In this document: positions 23,884 through 39,173 of the stretch, piece by piece
How the letters are laid out: each line of letters starts with the position of its first letter
Numbering within the stretch: the first letter of the stretch is position 1
Source: Octopus vulgaris
Lineage: Eukaryota
Reading direction: 5' to 3'
Length of the DNA: 64,000 nt
Assembly (NCBI GenBank): GCA_951406725.2
Contig: OX597827.1
Coordinates: 81,406,001-81,470,000, forward strand
Program-made: the position numbers and the translations under genes
The notes under the pieces: generated by a model
Told to the model about the DNA's origin: nothing
Seen by the model: only the letters and a program-made list of their open reading frames with translations
The model's database searches: none

Positions 23884-24404
23884 TGCATGTGTGCATGTAT
23901 GTATGTATGTATGTATGTATGTATGTATGTGTGCATGTATGTATGTATGTATGTATGTGTGTGTATGTATGTATGTATGTATGTGTGCATGTATGTATGT
24001 ATGTATGGATGGATGTGTGCATGTATGCATGTATCTATGTATGTATGTATGTGTGCATGTATGTATAAAGCTAAAGTATCATTTATTTTAACTCGCAATG
24101 CCATATTCCTGACTCTTCAAACAATTAAAACAGTTTAGAAACTTAGAGGTAACACTCATAAATTTGCAAGTGTGACTAAAATAATTACACTCTACTTCAT
24201 GTATTGAGTACATTTATGCAGCTTGGATACACATAAACATGCACCTTCACTAATTTCATGCAATTTCTCCCTCTCTTTCTTTCTCTTATATATTTATATA
24301 TGCATGTGCACACACACACACAAACATATACAGGGAAATAGCTAGCTAGCTAGACAGATACAAGCATATATACTTATGTGTATGTATATACAACTAGACA
24401 ACAT

Positions 24405-25656
24405 ATACGTATCCTCTATTCTATATCTATATACAACAACACACTAACTCGTTTCCCAACACAACCGATAGAGTTACTACACATCACACATCGTTGCAAC
24501 ACACCAGCATTACACAACACTCCATTGTTAGACTATAAACCATAGAACTACAAACTGTGTATATTTACACAGCACACAGTCTATACACAGCTCTTATGAC
24601 ACACACACATCACTGCAGTATGTGTGTAGAAGCAGTGTGTGTGTGTGTGTGTGTGCAGCAGACTACAGCAGCAGAAACAACAGCAGCAGTAGTTACAGCC
24701 TGAGATCCACATCTCTACTACCACACACACACACACACACACAGAGTGACACACCACTAGACACTCCCTCACACACTGCCACACTGATTATGGATGAGAC
24801 AATGGAGGTAAGTCTACATCTATCTTCTTTCATTTCCCATCTTTCCTCTTTAATATCATGTGAAAATATATAAGAGACAAGAGAACACCAAAGGGACATT
24901 CAGAGAAACACCCTTATATCACTCACAAATATCAGCAAATGTTTTACTCACAACACACAACTTCACTGGGCAAAATACTAACTATTATTATTATTATTAG
25001 ATTATTTAATAATCCAGTGTCATCTCACAAATATTCTGGTTCTATATTGATAGAGTTTATAATAATTGTTATTGTTTTAGTCTCCTATGTTGTTGGTTAG
25101 GTGAAATTAGAGGCAAAGTTTGTCTCACTAAATCTCATTTCTCACAGGAAATCTCCATTTTGTCTTCACAACATTCCGTCTCTTCTCTTTAGCCAGATTA
25201 TTTCATTTGTAGATTTCCTGCAGACACTCTAACAATATATCATTATATTCCCAGAAATATTTCTTACTTAATATTTCTCTATTCATTTTATCATATCACA
25301 ATGTATAAATGATGTTCCAAAAGCATTTATAGAAACGATTTAACGAAGGAGGTCTTCATAATGAATCTATAATCACAGAGTAGCAGATATCGTTCTGATG
25401 TCAGACATGGTTGTTTGAGGGATTGTGTGAGCAATTTGTTGTGGAAAATATATTTTAGTGTCAAAGTGAAGACAACAAGACATAGAAATACAAGTGGATC
25501 TTTTTTTTCTGTAGTGTGTGTGGATTAGTAATGTTGAAAATAATAATAATAATATTAATAATGATAGCCATTTCTTGGACACTTTGTTGTATATTGTGAA
25601 TAGCAGCAGACATGTTTGCTGTGATACAGAGTCATTTGGTGATTAATTTTATCACA

Positions 25657-25657
<1 letters not shown>
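24405..25657 (+). promoter_or_regulatory. Promoter / exon 1 block of copy 3 (exon 1 ends 24807)
   Basis: Near-identical block. TATAAA 24534, ATG 24790, donor 24808. Confidence 0.65.
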
Positions 25658-25702
<45 letters not shown>

Positions 25703-26006
25703 GTGCTTGGTTCTGTTGGTATTTATTGTTTAAGATATTGTTCAGTGTATATATTAACATTTTAGCATGAGCAATATGTTGTATATTGTTAATTTAGTTT
25801 ATAATCACTGGTGTATATATTTCTAATTATGGCTATATAATGATGAGAAATCTTGCTTGTTGATTCATTTCCATTCTCTTATCTTTTGATGATAAAATTT
25901 TTTATATACACTCATCTTTATCGTTCATTGATTATAGATTCTTTTGTGAATAACGAGGTATATATTTAGAGGTTATTGTTTATTTGAAGGTGTATATTTA
26001 CTAAAT

Positions 26007-26040
<34 letters not shown>

Positions 26041-26365
26041 GGCCAGTGTTGCTGACTCATAAAGTTGGCCTTAGGAAGGGCATCTAGCTATAGAAATGAG
26101 ACCAAACCAGACTGGAGCCCAGGACAGCTTTCTGGCTTACCACTTCCATTCAAATTGTGCAACCCATGCCAGCATGGCAAATGGATGCTAAATGATGATG
26201 ATGATGATGACGATACATGGTTTATATCTAATGTTATGTTAACAAATTTATGTAACATTAGATATAAACCAGTGTATATTTACTGTATTAAGTGTTTAGC
26301 ATTGAGTGTAAATGCTATTTTGCCCACAGCTACATCAATGAGATCTTTTACTGTGTATATATATA

Positions 26366-26422
<57 letters not shown>

Positions 26423-26613
26423 GTATGTATATATATACAACTGTATATATAATATTCATCATCCACTTTCTTCATCTTTCATCTAAGCATCAGGGTCAAT
26501 GAAAATTGTCACAGATCAATTACTGTCAAAACTCTCTCTTTCTCTCTGTGTGTATTTTTCTGATTTCTATAACATGGAATATAATATTGTTGTTATCTTT
26601 CAATATATTTTAG

Positions 26614-26782
26614 TGTCACTCCTATTGGAAGGGACTTACACACTGAAGCCCAGCTCTGTTGCTATTGGATACAGGGAACAACTGACAGATTTTTCTGTAC
26701 TCACCAAAATGGGATGACTTTAAGTTATTAACTTGAAGAAATCCAATCTTTTAATTTGGATGTTGAAGCATTCCTACTTTTG
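26614..26782 (+). other. Putative 5' leader exon 2 of copy 3
   Basis: ttttAG acceptor and G|GTAAGT donor. Homologous island. Confidence 0.7.
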
Positions 26783-27619
26783 GTAAGTTTTTCTGATTTC
26801 TGGAGAGAAATTTTACTGAGAATTAAGTATTAAATCAGTTTTCCTTCTTTTAAAAAATATTGCTTGAAATTGTTCAATTCTTGAAATGTAGAGGAAATTA
26901 TAGTTTTATTTTTACTTTCATGTTGATGATGGATATTTCATCTTATTAATGATGTGATATTCAGTCATATATCACACCATATCACACAATATCATGCTAA
27001 AAAAACATCATGGTATGTAATATCTTTTATCTTTTATTTGTTTCACTCATTAGATTACAGCCATATTAGGACACAGCACTGTCTTAAAGGATTTTAGTTG
27101 AACGAACTGACACCAGTGCAACTTTTCTTAAACCTGGTAGCAGGCCTTAAAGAAAAGTTCTGTTTTGTCAAGCTGCTAAAACATAGGGTCATAAAGACAC
27201 CAACATCGGTTGTCTAGAAGTAATGGATACACACACAGACACACACACACATATATATATAATGTATGTATATTATATACTTTTAGTATAGGATAAAATT
27301 TTTTTCCCCAAAAAATTTCATTAAAGTGGCCAACATATTCAAATACCTTTAAAGGTGAAAATTATAAACAATTATAAACAAGGGTAAAAGAAAAAAGATT
27401 TCTATTCCAATATGCGGAAAATAGACTTTAAATCGTCAATCACCACATACAATATACATCCACTATGATTTCAGCATGATGTGTATTCATAGTGATGTAT
27501 ATTGTATGTGGTGATGGACGATCTAAAGTCTATTCCCAGCATATTGACATAGAAATCTGTTTTTTGCCCTTATCTATTATTGTATATATATATATACATA
27601 TCTACACACACACACATAC

Positions 27620-28700
27620 ATACATGAGGATTGGTCGAAAGTTTCGGAGTTTGACGAGTATACTCTCATGGAATGTAACTAAATGAAGTTCATTCTTAAC
27701 AGACTCCCACTTGCATCCCACACACCTCTTCCATTGGTATTGCAGTACTTGGATCCTAATTGGGGAAAAAGCTTTGATCTTTTTGGTCAAATACTTCAGC
27801 AACAGTAGATATGAAGTCATCATGATGCTGAGACTGTTTCCCATCCAGGTATTTTTTCATATTGGTGAACAGATGTTAGTTGGATGGGGCCAAATCAAGA
27901 AAAGAGGGAGGGTGGTCAGCCAGTTCAAATCCACAGTTGTCCACTGCAGCTACTGGAAGCAAGGACTTGTGTGCTGGAACATTGACCTGATCAAAAAAAG
28001 ACACTTTTTATCTGTTTTCCTGGTCATTTGGTCTTGATAGCCTTTCGTAACTACCCCCAGCAATTTGGCATAGTTCACTCGATGGTGTGACCCTTTTGAA
28101 GACAGTCAATAAACAATGACTTTTGTAACCCAAAATATTGAAACCATTACCTTCTTTGCAGACGAAATAATCTTGGCTTTCTTTGGAGCAGGTGTGGAGG
28201 GTGTTTCCATTGCATGGATTGTCTCCGGCTCAAAGTGATGAAGCCAACACTCATCCTGAGTCAGGAAATGTTCAAGGAAACCAGCTGGAGCTGCCTTAAA
28301 CAATGCTTGATTTTTCCTTGATGTGAACAGCCTGGGGCACTTTTTTATCAGGTGTCAGAAGACATGGCAGCCACTGAGCAGAAACCTTTGTCATGCTGAA
28401 TTCATTGTGCAAAATATTCTTAACTTTCTCATAAGATGTTCCAATAACATTGGCTATTTGATTTATAGTCAATCACCTGTCATCTGTCATCATGTGGTGA
28501 ACATGATCAATGTTTTCCTTGGTGGTTGCAATTGCAGGACGTCCAGAACTTGGGGTTTCTTCAAGACACCTCCTTCCTCTCTGGAACTCAGGTGAGCACT
28601 GTCAATAAAGATGGTGTGTAGCAACCATGTCAGTATAAATGCCAAATTTTCTCAATTTAGTTGCATTTGAAGTCTTCTTTGAACAGTCAGATGTCAGTTT
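27620..28700 (-). mobile_element. Decayed mariner (DD34D-type) transposase
   Basis: FLTQDECWLHHFEPET...PAPKKAK...SAKKVMVSIFW, with a C-terminal GIQVLQYQWKRCV-like segment, across broken frames. Confidence 0.8.
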
Positions 28701-30516
28701 ATCTGAAAGGAATCAACGCAACCATTGATAAGAAAAACTAAAATCAATGTATGCAAAATTTCTCATATATAATATATATAATCATATGTTTGTTTAGAAA
28801 ACCATAAAAACAGAGAAGTACACTCTAAGAAGTAGAGCAATCTATATTTATTACTGGTGAAGACCTGTTTATAGGGTTACCCTTGGTTACTCAGCATAAA
28901 GAGTATCTTTATGGCATATTATCAGACCCTAGGACTTGTTGGCATATGACCCCTTTAAAGTATGGAGGGTGAAACGAACTGGACACAAACAATGAGAGTT
29001 AGCTCCCACTTCTGGTCATCAATGTATGCCAGAAGGTCTGAAAATCTAACGAAGGCCTCAAAAGACATTTGAAGATCCACAAAGATCAGAACTTCACTGC
29101 AGCTCTTGGTGGTCCATATGCAATCTATGTGGGTGTCTTTTCAGAACATTGTCTGGTTGAAAAGGCCACATTAGAGTGCCATGATGGTTCTAATGTGTAG
29201 GTACGGGAGATGGTCAAACTCTGCATGAGGAGTAGACAACCACCATATATATGAAGATATGACAGGTTTCTTTCAGTTTCTGTCTGCAAAATTCATTGGC
29301 AAGGCTTTGGTCAGCCTGAGGCTATGGAAGAAGACACTTACCCATGGTGCCATGCAGTGGGATTGAACCCAGAAGCAAACTTCTTATAAAGCCAAACTAA
29401 ATTTTAATTTGGATTTCAGTTAAAAAAACAAAGCAACATTATTTATCTCTAAGACAGAATAGATTCCACTTTGAAGTTTATACAGGTACAGGGAAAGAGA
29501 GAAAGAAAGATAGAGAGAGAGAGAGAAAGAGAGAGATTGCCATCCTCACATGACACTGATGTGGTATGAAATAGAATAAAGATAATCATTACTGTATCTA
29601 GCATTAAATATCAAGAGTTCTGTCAATTCATGGAGAGTTTAATAGAAGGAAGTGGTAAAAGATATCCATATTTTTCAGAAGTTATGCAATGGTGCCATCA
29701 GGTTACAAACCATATCATCATATTTGAATATGGCCTCTCCAAAGCATGTTAAAATAAGGGAGATAATTAAAAATTGTATACCCCATAAATGCAGTTACCT
29801 CCCGTGGCCATCTTGACATTTTTTTGAAGATATTAAAACTACTAAGAACATGTCCAAAATCCTCAATAAAGACCAATTTCCTTTTTTTTTTAAAGAAACC
29901 GCATGACTATATTAATATCTCTCTTTAAGCGTATGTATCAATTTTATTTTTAATAAATACAATCGTATCTTCTGTAATATCCACATGTGGTTCTCTTCAC
30001 TTGATACAACAGAATTTAGTGAACGTTGCCCCAGAATAAAGTACACTTAGATATACTTGTAGATGCATTTATACTAACCATAGATTCTTGATCCTTTCTG
30101 TCACATTATTTATATGCAGTTAAATGCTATTTTCTTTATTATTAGTCTGTTCAAGAATATATCAAGCCGGTTGCTGAATATTTTTATTTTAGAGAGTTAT
30201 GGAATCTTTCTCTCTCATGGTCTCTCTCTCTCTCTCTCTTTCACTTTCCATATATATATATATGTGTGTGTGTGTATGCATGTATGAATGTATTTCTTTG
30301 AGTTTTATCTAAGTTCTTCTAAAGGGAATTCAAACCAGCCCCTAACAAAGAGATCAGACTCGTTGACTCAGTAGAGTTACCTGTATATGTAAATATGCAG
30401 TTGAGTTCTGTGTTGGTTGACCTGTGGATGCACATAACCAAGTGTGTGCATCTATTCACCTAAAGAGTCTCAAATGGAGAATTTTTGGAGTGTCTTACAT
30501 ACTTTCATTGTAAGTA

Positions 30517-31065
30517 TGAGGGTGAGTCAAAAAGTAATGTCATATTGATTGGGATAGGTATACTTACTAACACAAGAACATGTATCATACATCAAAATGA
30601 AGCAGGTCCTCTGTGCATCACATCCCTACTTCTCAGCATAGTCACTGTTTCTCTCAATAGCAATGTTCCACCTTTGAATGAGAGCATGTATCCCTGTCCC
30701 GTAAAAGTCTGTTGACTGTACTTTGAGACACTTCTTCACTACAGTTTTCACTTCCTCATCACTGGGATAATGTTTGCCTCTCAAACCCTCTTTCATGGGA
30801 CTGAAGCGATGATAGTCCAGTGATGAGGAAGTGAAAGCTGTAGTGAAGAAGTGGCTCAAAGAACAGTCAACAGAATTTTATGGGACAGGGATACATGCTC
30901 TCATTCGAAGGTGGAACATTGCTATTGAGAGAAATGTTGATTATGTTGAGAAGTAGGGATGCGATCCACAGAGGACCAGCTTCATTTTGATGTATGATAC
31001 ATGTTCCTGTGTTGGTAATTATACCTGTCCTAAACAAAATGGCATTACTTTTTGACTTAACCTCG
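30517..31065. mobile_element. Foldback mariner derivative: two inverted 3' ends flanked by TA
   Basis: Arms 30517-30765 and 30817-31065 are imperfect reverse complements. They encode the mariner C-terminus SDEEVK.VVKKWLKEQ..FY..GIHALI.RW. TA at 30515-30516 and 31066-31067. Confidence 0.85.
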
Positions 31066-31781
31066 TAAATAGCATTATGCATCTATGAGGTTAAGTACGA
31101 AAGAGAATTTAAAGTCAGAATACAAGAGCTGTAAGTTCTGCATTAATTCATCATAACTTTTCTTTCTCCTGGACTTTGAGCAGTACATTCAGATCCACTG
31201 GACAGCTGACCTCCACAACAGTGCATGACATTTATCACTTGTCCCACAGAACGATATCAGGCCTGTTACGTTTGCACTGAATTGCTGTTTTTATTGCAGT
31301 GTTCTGCCAGTATTCCTTGTTTATGAAGGTGTGAAAGCCTGCTGGATTTGACATGCCCTTGATATATGCATTAAGACATTCATTCCTGCAGACTGCACTA
31401 TAAATAGTCTTTGCAACCATGCCTCATGGGTGGGCAGCATCTTGAAGACATTTAGGAGAAGCTGCTGTTGCTGATGTATGTATGTGTGTGTGTATGCATG
31501 TATGTACGTACGTGTGTGTGTGTATGTATGTGTATAAGTGTATGTTTGTTTGTGTATATGTGTGTGTAATGCTCACACATATTGTGCTAACAGATATATA
31601 TATTTGACATAAAAAATCATTATACGTATTACTTCATATTTACCATATCTTAAAATCTTAGTCGCATTCAACAAAAAATTCTTTCCAAAACCTTGAACTT
31701 TCAGTGAAATTTTTCAATAAAAATATTCCATTTTCTTCTGAATTTCAGATAAAACCACAAGATATGATTTAACATTCTGTG

Positions 31782-34205
31782 ATGGAAGTAGGCTGTGTGT
31801 GGAATACATACTTACTTGCAAATGTCCTCAATCTATTACTACACAGTTGTGTCTGTGTAGATCTGAGCTATCATGTAGAAGAAGAAAGCAGTCCCTTCAC
31901 TTTCGTTGGGGATATTGCTGCTGACACACAGATGGAAGAAACGGACTCTCTTGTGGGAAATAACTTCATCACATACAACCAAATACAGAGACAAAGAACA
32001 GGAAATTCACATTTGTTTAACGTCACACAAGATGGTAAATTGTACACGGCTCAAACATTGGATGCTGAGAAACTGTGTACATACGAATCAGAATGTGTTA
32101 GATTTATCAAAGTTGCTGTACATAGAAGGAAGACATTTTTGAAAGTTATTAAAATTAAAGTAATTATAGAAGACATTAATGATCACAGCCCTGAGTTTCC
32201 TCAAACAGACGTAGAAATTATATTTAATGAGGAAGATCGTGAAGGAGCCGAAAGATTAATTCCCGAGGCCTTTGACAAAGATATTGGAATGGAAAACTCT
32301 GAGATTACATATAAATTGAAGAAACAATTTAGTGATCCATTTATATTGTCTGTGAAGAAAACTATCACTGGAGGGGCAAAGATAGGAATTATTCTTGGAG
32401 ACAAACTAGACAGAGAAATACAAGATAGTTACAATCTAGAAGTGATAGCTAATGATGGAGGACAACCTTCAAAAGAAGGAATTTTACATGTTCTTATAAA
32501 AATAATTGATGTGAATGATAACTCACCAGTTTTTTCACAACATATTTACAATATTTCTATCAAAAATACACATCCTAACAACAACCCTATTTTGATATTG
32601 TCTGCAAAAGACCCAGATTCTGGCAATAATGGTAAAGTGTCTTATTTTTTTAGTCCCAAAACACCAGAACGTACAAGAAGACATTTCAGATTGAACCAAC
32701 AAACTGGGGAATTATTTGTAGAAAAACCATTAACATCACAAACAAAGAATATTCTCAAGATGTATGTGGAGGCGAAAGATGGAGGGAATCCTTCTTTAAA
32801 TTCCTTTGCCATTGTACGGGTGAATATTCTCAATGAAAAGAACCATGCTCCTGAAATTGATATAAATTTTGTGTCTGAATTGAAGAAGGGCACTGCAGCT
32901 ATTTACGAAGGGACAAAAGTGGGCAGTTATCTAGCTTATGTGAATGTGGTGGACAACGATTTTGGAGCGAATGGAGAAGTGAGTTGTAAATTAGAACATG
33001 ATAAAGTTGTCCTCTCACATTTAGGATCAAAGGAATACAAGATTACTCTGAAGAAACCACTTGACAGAGAAACATTAGACCATTTTAACATGAGAATTGT
33101 GTGTGAAGACAATGGAAGCCCTGCTTTAAAGACGGAGAGAAAGATCTCAATCCAAGTAATGGATGTGAATGATGTGCAACCGCAATTTACCAAAGATACA
33201 TTCCACTTCCTCACCTATGAGAATGGTAAAGCAAACTTTCCTATAGGTTTTATCAATGCCACTGACCCAGACCTGGAAAGTGCTGGTCAACTGACGTTCT
33301 CACTGTTGAGTAAAGACAGAAATAACATACCGTTCCAGGTGAGTGATTATGGTTTTATTACCAGCAACATACCATTGGACAGAGAAGAAGAAGACATGTA
33401 TAAGTTTGAGGTTTTTGTCAAAGACAATGGTAAACCGTCGTTGAATAACACAGCGAATGTTGTTGTTGAGGTTTTAGACAGAAACGACAATAATCCGTAT
33501 TTCATCTACCCTACAACTGACCCTTTCCATATCAATGTCCACTACCACCCGCAAAGTACCAATGCCATCACTGTGATTAGAGCGTCTGACAGAGACAGTC
33601 ATTTAAATGCGTTCCTCAAATATGGAATACTTGACGGTAACAATAAACGCTTGTTTACACTCAACTCTTTAACTGGTCAAATGTCTTTCTCGCGTGCACC
33701 TCATCTCAACGATGCTGGCTCATATGAACTGGTGCTTGTGGTCAAGGATTCTGGTAGCCCAGTGTTGTCAGCCACAACTACTGTGTCTTTGTCATTAAGG
33801 GTCACTAACAAGACATCAGCACCGATGCCGACTGTCCACTTAGAGAAGAACAGAACACTGGACGTACCGTTATTGATTATCCTTGTAGTAGCAGCTGTAA
33901 TAGTAGCTGTGGTGATTGTAGTGTCGATCACACTGTGTATTGTGAAATGTAGCAGTGGTCAGTCTCGCTCTGCCAAGAGCACTAGGAAAGGTGTTAATAG
34001 GTCAGCTATATGTAACAGAATTGATCAACCTTTACCGTGTCAGAGCAGCAGTATTCCTGGTACCCCAGTGAGGTACTCTTCAGAGATGAATAATAGAAAC
34101 ATGCCATTTGTGGAATGTAAGGAAGATTTCTACCCGCAGTATGAGTCTCAGATTGATTGGTCAAACGTGGGTACCCTGGAGAAGAGTCCACCCAATACTA
34201 TATTG
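31782..34205 (+). CDS. Protocadherin copy 3 main coding exon
   Basis: 808 open codons with six EC repeats and a TM helix. Acceptor 31747-31748, donor GTAAGT at 34206. Confidence 0.95.
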
Positions 34206-35709
34206 GTAAGTATGAGATTATGAAATTCCTCCTTAATTCTCTAACAGACATATCAGTCTCTAGATATCTTTTGTAATTAATGTATATCTTATATTTTAAT
34301 GAATGTATGTAATTAACATGTTTCGACCACGTTTGTTCTCCTATCATCTCTGTTCCATCAACTGCCATCGACATTTTCACAGCTGTGAATAAAGAATTAG
34401 GATATACAAGAGTGGGGGACATTCCAATATCTATTTAGAAAGGATGATTAAGTAGAGACCTGGTTTGGAGAGGATTCTTTGCTTTCCACAATGACTTAGC
34501 AACTCTTCTAATGGATGCTGTGAAGTGGTTCCTTAAGGAGAGTATCAAACCATGGAGACTGTTCTAAAAACTGAAAAGTGTCAGTGAGATGTGGTCTTCT
34601 GATCAGAACAAGAGAAGAATCACCAAATAGGAAGACTATGATGATGATGGTGATGGTGACAGTGACGTGTTTTGTATTATTTTGTGGATTCTTTTAGTCG
34701 AACGATTTGGGAGAAAATGGTAAAGAATGGTGCAATGAAGAAGGAATTGGAAGTGCATTGTGATTAGTGATGTGTAGCATCCTTTGATAATCTTATCAAT
34801 ACAGTGATCCAATGACCTGTATTTAGTTTTAAAACCCTAAACTTTGTTTTTGTGTCACTTTAGGTGGATTTCTAATTTTCTTGAGATATTTCAAGAAATA
34901 ATTATACTCACACACATATTCATATATATCTACGACCAGAATTTAACTTTTCATTTTAATACACACACACACTTATTCTATTGTATGCATGCATTTGTAT
35001 ACGTGTGTTGATGTATGTACTGAATTAAGAATATCACCATTATTATCCCATCCACCAACATCACATCCTCTACCCAACCACCATCATGGCCACTTTCATT
35101 TCCAGTAGTTGTCCATAGAAGAGAAATGGTAGAATCTGACCAGAGTGTAGACTTGAAATATCAAACTGGATCTTCAGGTGCCGTGAGGTCGGTTACCTTA
35201 AATTGTTGATGGTGAGAGATAGACCAATGGTTACATATTTATGCAGTGATGGCAGTGTTTGATGTTCGGAGGATCCAATATTTTGGTCATGGATGGATTA
35301 ATGTAGGGGATGTTATTAATTAGTGTTATTAATGAATGTAGATTGTTAGTATAATCAGTTTGATCTTTGTGACAATGGAAATGGTAAGGGATGTTGGGAA
35401 AGACACTTACAGAATAACATTTGCAACCTTGACTTATGATGTCCCCTAACAGAGCCCAGAAGATATAGTGACCCCTTATAATGACCACCATATACACTTC
35501 TCCATCCCCTCAACCCTCATCAATAAAATAACCACAGGTATGTCAAACACAGTTTGTACAGTTCATTGGAGATTAGACTCCATTGTCAAACACGATGTCT
35601 GTCATTCTTCTGGCCAGTCTGTCACACCTTCGGTCGGGCTTATTGTCTGTCATACAATTGGTCAAGTATAATATCATTTATACATCGTTCTGATAGAATG
35701 TTCATCAAG

Positions 35710-36110
35710 TAGGTGCAGCAGTGGCTGTGTGGTAAGCACCTTGCTTACCAACCCCATGGTTCTGGGTTCAGTCCCACTGTGTGGCACCTTCTACAATAGC
35801 CTCTGGCCGACCAGGAGCCTTGTGAGTGGATTTGGTAGACAGAAACTGAAAGAAGCCTGTCGTATATATGTGCATATATATATATATGTATGTGTGTATA
35901 TTTGTTATGTATCTGTGTTTGTCCCCCCAACATCGCTTAACAACTGATGCTGGTGTGTTTAGGTCCCCATAACTTAATGGTTTGGCAAAAAAAAACTGAT
36001 GGAATAAGTACTAGGCTTACAAAGAATAAGTCCTGGGATTGATTTGATTCGACTAAAGGCTGTGCTCCAGCATGGCCACAGTCAAATGACTGAAACAAGT
36101 AAAGAAAGAA
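35710..36110 (+). mobile_element. tRNA-derived SINE-like repeat
   Basis: A-box-like gtggctgtgtgg and B-box-like gggttcagtccc. Partial reverse-strand relatives at about 13070-13260, 16875-17000, 27040-27220 and 29260-29390. Confidence 0.6.
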
Positions 36111-36414
36111 AGGTATAATATATGTCCCCCATTGGTCCAACTTTGTTATACATTGATCAGACTTAATACTTATCATGTTTGTCAAACGTAACGATGTCAT
36201 ACATTTGGTTGAACAATATTCTTCCATTCATTTGCTCAATTATCATGTCTATCACATTGTTCAGTCAATACATCTGTCATACATTTTGTCAGACCTAATT
36301 TGTTATTCATTGGTCAGACACAATGAGTATCATACATTTTGTCAGACAACAATGTCATACATGTTTTATTCAATGCTCTGTTACATCATCTCTATCTTTC
36401 CTTCTCCATTCCAG

Positions 36415-36438
36415 TTACCAACAAGAATTAAGAAATAA
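36415..36438 (+). CDS. Protocadherin copy 3 terminal micro-exon (LPTRIKK*)
   Basis: ccattccAG then TTACCAACAAGAATTAAGAAATAA, with one synonymous change. Confidence 0.85.
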   Translation, partial: LPTRIKK

Positions 36439-37209
36439 AACCACATCTCTGCCAAGGAAACAAATATTGTTGCATTGACAGACTCTGCAATATTCAGTCA
36501 GGATCTAACCATTCTGGAACATTCTATGGAGGAACATACACAGACACGCGTGCAAACACACACACACACACAGTGGTTACATGCAGACTTATACATTTAT
36601 ACATTGGCGTGCACTGACAAATATATACACTAATATATACTGTAGATGCTCATACATGCATATATGTGTGTATATCTCTGTAAATTTATGCTCTATGTAA
36701 GGTTAATTCAATACACACACACATTTATACATATATATATATATATGTGTATGATGGCATACACACATATATATATACATACATACATACGTATGTATAT
36801 TTATATGTCTATACATATGTATGTGTATATAAAGCTAAATTTTCATTTATTCTAACTGAATAGTCCATGTTCCTGACTCTTCAAACAATTACAATAATTT
36901 GTTTGAGTCATTTAGGCACATAGAGTTAAGACTCATAAAGCTGCAAGTGTGAGTAAAATAATTACACTCTACTTTAAGTATTGAGTACATTTACTCTGCT
37001 TGGATACACATAAACATGCTCATTCACTAATTTCACACAATTTCTCCCTCTCTTTCTTTCTCTTATATATTTATATATGCATGTGCACACACACACACAC
37101 TCACATATACATGTACATGTAAATAGCTAGCTAGCTAGACAGATAGATAAATACAAGCATATATACTTATGTGTATATATATATATATATATACAACTAC
37201 ACATAATAA

Positions 37210-37427
37210 ACGTATCCTCTATTCTATATCTATATACAACACACTTGTTTCCCAACACAACCAATAGAGTTACTACACATCACACATCGTTACAACACAC
37301 CAGCATTACACAACACTCCATTGTTAAACTATAAACAATAGAACTACAAACTGTGTATATTTACACAGCACACAGTCTATACACAGCTCTTATGACACAC
37401 ACACATCACTGCAGTATGTGTGTAGAA

Positions 37428-37464
<37 letters not shown>

Positions 37465-38455
37465 CAGACTACAGCAGCAGAAACAACAGCAGCAGTAGTT
37501 ACAGCCTGAGATCCACATCTCTACTACCACACACACACACACACACACAGAGTGACACACCACTAGACACTCCCTCACACACTGCCACACTGATTATGGA
37601 TGAGACAATGGAGGTAAGTCTACATCTATCTTCTTTCATTTCCCATCTTTCCTCTTTAATATCAGGTGAAAATATATAAGAGACAAGAGAAAACCAAAGG
37701 GACATTCAGAGAAACACCCTTATATCACTCACAAATATCAGCAAATGTTTTACTCACAACATACAACTTCACTGGGCAAAATACTAACTATTATTATTAT
37801 TATTAGATTATTTAATAATCCAGTGTCATTTCACAAATATTCTGCTTCTATATTGATAGAGTTTATAATAATTGTTATTGTTTTAGTCTCCTATGTTGTT
37901 GGTTAGGTGAAATTAGATGCAAAGTTTGTCTCACTAAATCTCATTTCTCACAGGAAATCTCCATTTTGTCTTCACAACATTCCGTCTCTTCTCTTTAGCC
38001 AGATTATTTCATTTGTAGATTTCCTGCAGACACTCTAACAACATATCATTATATTCCCAGAAATATTTCTAATTTAATATTTCTCTATTCATTTTATCAT
38101 ATCACAATGTATAAATGATGTTCTAAAAGCATTTATAGAAACGATTTAACGAAGGAGGTCTTCATAATGAATCTATAATCACAGAGTAGCAGATATCGTT
38201 CTGATGTCAGACATGGTTGTTTGAGGGATTGTGTGAGCAATTTGTTGTGGAAAATATATTTTAGTGTCAAAGTGAAGACAGCAAGACATAGAAATACAAG
38301 TGGATCTTTATTTTCTGTGGTGTGTGTGGATTAGTAATGTTCAAAATAATAATAATATTAATAATGATAGCCATTCGTTAGACACATTGTTGTATATTGT
38401 GAATAGCAGCAGACATTTTGCTGTGATACAGTGTCATTTGGTGATTAATTTTCTT
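37210..38455 (+). promoter_or_regulatory. Promoter / exon 1 block of copy 4 (exon 1 ends 37613)
   Basis: Near-identical block. TATAAA 37330, ATG 37596, donor 37614. Confidence 0.65.
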
Positions 38456-39004
38456 GTGTAAATATATATATACATATATATATGCATATATCTGCATTTA
38501 GTTCTGTTGGTATTTATAGATTAAGATATTGTTCAATGTATATATTAACATTTCACCATGAACTATCCTTTGTATATTGTTAGTTTAGCATATGAGCACT
38601 CGTGTATATGTTTCTAAACATGGCTATAATTTGATTATTATATAATAAAATAGTTTGCATAGAACACTGTGTACTTAACAGTATATATTTACGAATATTG
38701 TATAACACTGACTGTGTATTTACTGTGTATATGCTGTGTACTGAGTGTATATACTATTTTCTCCATGGCTACATCAATGAAACCCATATATGAATATATA
38801 TATATATATCCAACAGTATATATAAGATTTAAAATCCACCTCATTCATCCCTCATCTAAATATTTTGGTAGATGAGAATTGTTATAAATCTTTTGCTGTT
38901 CACTCTCTTTCTGTCTGTCTGTCTGTCTCTTGTTCACTCTCTCTCTCTCTCTTACGTCTTCAGTATGGAATATAATATTGTTGTTATCTTTCAATATATT
39001 TTAG

Positions 39005-39173
39005 AGTCATCTCCAATTGGAAGGGACCAACACACTGAAGCCCAACTCTGTTGCTATTGGATACAGGGACAACTGACAGATTTTTCTGTACTCACCAAAA
39101 TGGGATGACTTTAAGTTATTAACTTGAAGAAATCCTGTCTTTAACTTTGGATGTTGAAGCATTCCTACTTTTG
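39005..39173 (+). other. Putative 5' leader exon 2 of copy 4
   Basis: ttttAG acceptor and G|GTAAGT donor. Homologous island. Confidence 0.7.
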
